64,000 nt of DNA from Candidatus Woesearchaeota archaeon (GTDB taxonomy: Archaea; Nanobdellota; Nanobdellia; SCGC-AAA011-G17; GW2011-AR17), in NCBI GenBank assembly GCA_016235495.1, contig JACRKH010000021.1:14725-78724 (forward strand), written 5' to 3'. The notes under the pieces are model-generated. The model was not told the DNA's origin, did no database searches, and saw only the letters and a program-made list of their open reading frames with translations. A program made the position numbers and the translations under genes. Below, one piece after another: positions 62,767 to 64,000 of the stretch (the first letter of the stretch is position 1; each line of letters opens with the position of its first letter).

Positions 62767-64000
62767 ATGGGAGCTCATTTGATATCATTAACAGAAAAGA
62801 TTATTCATTTGAATCAAAGGCAAATTGCTATTCTCAGAGACTTTGAGTACCGCCAGAAATTCTTTGCTCGTCACAAACAAGAAGTAGATGCACTCGTAAA
62901 TGCAGCAGAACAGCTTATTCACAAGCCTACACCAAAAATATATAGAATACTGCAAGCACATGTCACAGCCTTGCAAGTTCTCATGAGCACTTCATTGCGT
63001 TACCTCTCTCAGGAAGAACTAGAACGTGATGAAACAAATCTTCTCTCTGAAGAAAGAACAGCAGACACAAATGCACTTCGTATGTTGGAGACAGACTACA
63101 CAGAACTTTGGCAGAATCTTAAACAATTGCATGAGGGAGAAGTAAAATCTTCATTAATGCTTTATCTGATTGATCTTCAGAAAGAAGAGGATGATGTAAA
63201 AAAAGAGCAGAGCATAAATAAAGAATTACAAAAGATTCTTGCAAATTTAGAAGGGCTTATTGAAGAAGAAAAAAACCTTCTTGAGGATGAATTGAATATT
63301 CTCCATCAAAAATTTAATTTTTCTCTTAATCAACTTGACGAGACAAAGAAAGCAGAACTCAGTTCAGCAGCAGAATCTATTGTCCATGTGGCAGAAAGTT
63401 TAAGAAATCTTATAGAGAGAGAAAATGGCCGGTTTATACAGCCGCTTCGTGCATTCACTTCACAGAAATATGCTCTGAATCAAAGGATTCTCCGTACAGT
63501 AAGCAGGAAAGTCATAACCCTGGGCATGATAAAAAGAGATCTTGCAGAATTAAAGCCTCTGCAGGCAGAACAATACATGGAACAGCTATTTGAACACTAT
63601 CAACAATTTGAACCCACTGCGGTAACATATTTTCTTCGTTTTAAACGTTTTATGGGAAGAAAGACCAAAGAAAAAACAATGAAAGAAGAACAGCTTATAA
63701 GAGAAGGAATAGCAGTGCACAAGACAAGAGCGCAATATGACTCACTAGGAATGTTGAACAGAAAATATGGTGACGAACTGCTTACAGAAAGAATCAAACT
63801 TGCACTCACAAAGGGGGAAGAGATATTCATTCTTCTCATAGATGCAGACAAGTTCAAAGAAATAAATGATACCTATGGCCACCATACTGGAGATATAGTT
63901 CTCATGGCAATTTCATCGATAGCACAGGAAAGCATTGGAGAAAAAGACACTTTCTTTCGCTGGGGGGGTGAAGAATTTATAGTTCTTTTTAACTCTATTA
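62767..64000 (+). CDS. Signal-transduction protein with an N-terminal coiled-coil region and a C-terminal GGDEF (diguanylate cyclase) domain; partial, runs off the window end
   Basis: I translated the frame by hand. It is open from the ATG at 62767 to 64000. The C-terminus reads YDSLGMLNRKYGDE...ILLIDADKFKEINDTYGHHTGDIVL...FFRWGGEEFIVLF, the GGDEF consensus with a GGEEF active site. It is missing from the ORF track because it has no stop. Confidence 0.7.
   Translation, partial: MGAHLISLTEKIIHLNQRQIAILRDFEYRQKFFARHKQEVDALVNAAEQLIHKPTPKIYRILQAHVTALQVLMSTSLRYLSQEELERDETNLLSEERTADTNALRMLETDYTELWQNLKQLHEGEVKSSLMLYLIDLQKEEDDVKKEQSINKELQKILANLEGLIEEEKNLLEDELNILHQKFNFSLNQLDETKKAELSSAAESIVHVAESLRNLIERENGRFIQPLRAFTSQKYALNQRILRTVSRKVITLGMIKRDLAELKPLQAEQYMEQLFEHYQQFEPTAVTYFLRFKRFMGRKTKEKTMKEEQLIREGIAVHKTRAQYDSLGMLNRKYGDELLTERIKLALTKGEEIFILLIDADKFKEINDTYGHHTGDIVLMAISSIAQESIGEKDTFFRWGGEEFIVLFNSI

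Noticed and set aside
1-64000. CRISPR arrays or other short regularly spaced repeats
   Set aside because: No repeat-spacer periodicity is visible. The only substantial direct repeat is the ~95-bp tRNA-Tyr-derived pair, which is an att-like duplication and not an array.

Overview
This window is an AT-rich (~38% GC) archaeal chromosomal segment, probably from a small-genome DPANN-like lineage. Most of 9.9-26.1 kb is a single + strand ribosomal-protein super-operon (uL3 to uL15, SecY, DUF106/YidC-like), interrupted at 23.7-25.3 kb by a convergent YbaK/ProX gene and an MNT-HEPN toxin-antitoxin pair, then resuming with eL34 and eL14 (with eS4, eL32, eL19, SUI1 and Rpp29 embedded). Other archaeal markers are an HMf-type histone, Pth2, prefoldin alpha, aRF1, ScpB and a DRG GTPase. 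There are three class I aminoacyl-tRNA-synthetase-type genes (MetRS, ValRS-like) and a lysC-lysA pair. RNA genes are an intron-containing tRNA-Asn(GTT), tRNA-Ile(GAT), an intron-containing tRNA-Tyr(GTA) and a stand-alone 5S rRNA. The RNA genes sit behind near-identical TATA boxes (ctttataaat / ctatataaat).

The notable observations are:
- A mini-intein in aRF1 inserted directly after the GGQ motif.
- A large LAGLIDADG intein in primase PriS inserted at the catalytic DxD motif.
- A second MNT-HEPN cassette bracketed by ~95-bp imperfect direct repeats that copy the intron and 3' exon of tRNA-Tyr, which looks like an integration footprint.
- A Doc/Fic-family protein whose catalytic His is replaced by Gln, at the end of a three-gene hypothetical module.
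- A Cas4-like 4Fe-4S nuclease next to Mre11-Rad50, with no HerA or NurA in the window.
- A frameshifted VapBC module.
- Secreted Q/P-rich and Cys-rich surface proteins.
- A glycosylation gene cluster.
- At the right edge, an open reading frame that the ORF track missed, ending in a clear GGDEF (diguanylate cyclase, GGEEF) domain. GGDEF domains are, to my recollection, essentially absent from archaea.

I saw no CRISPR array.
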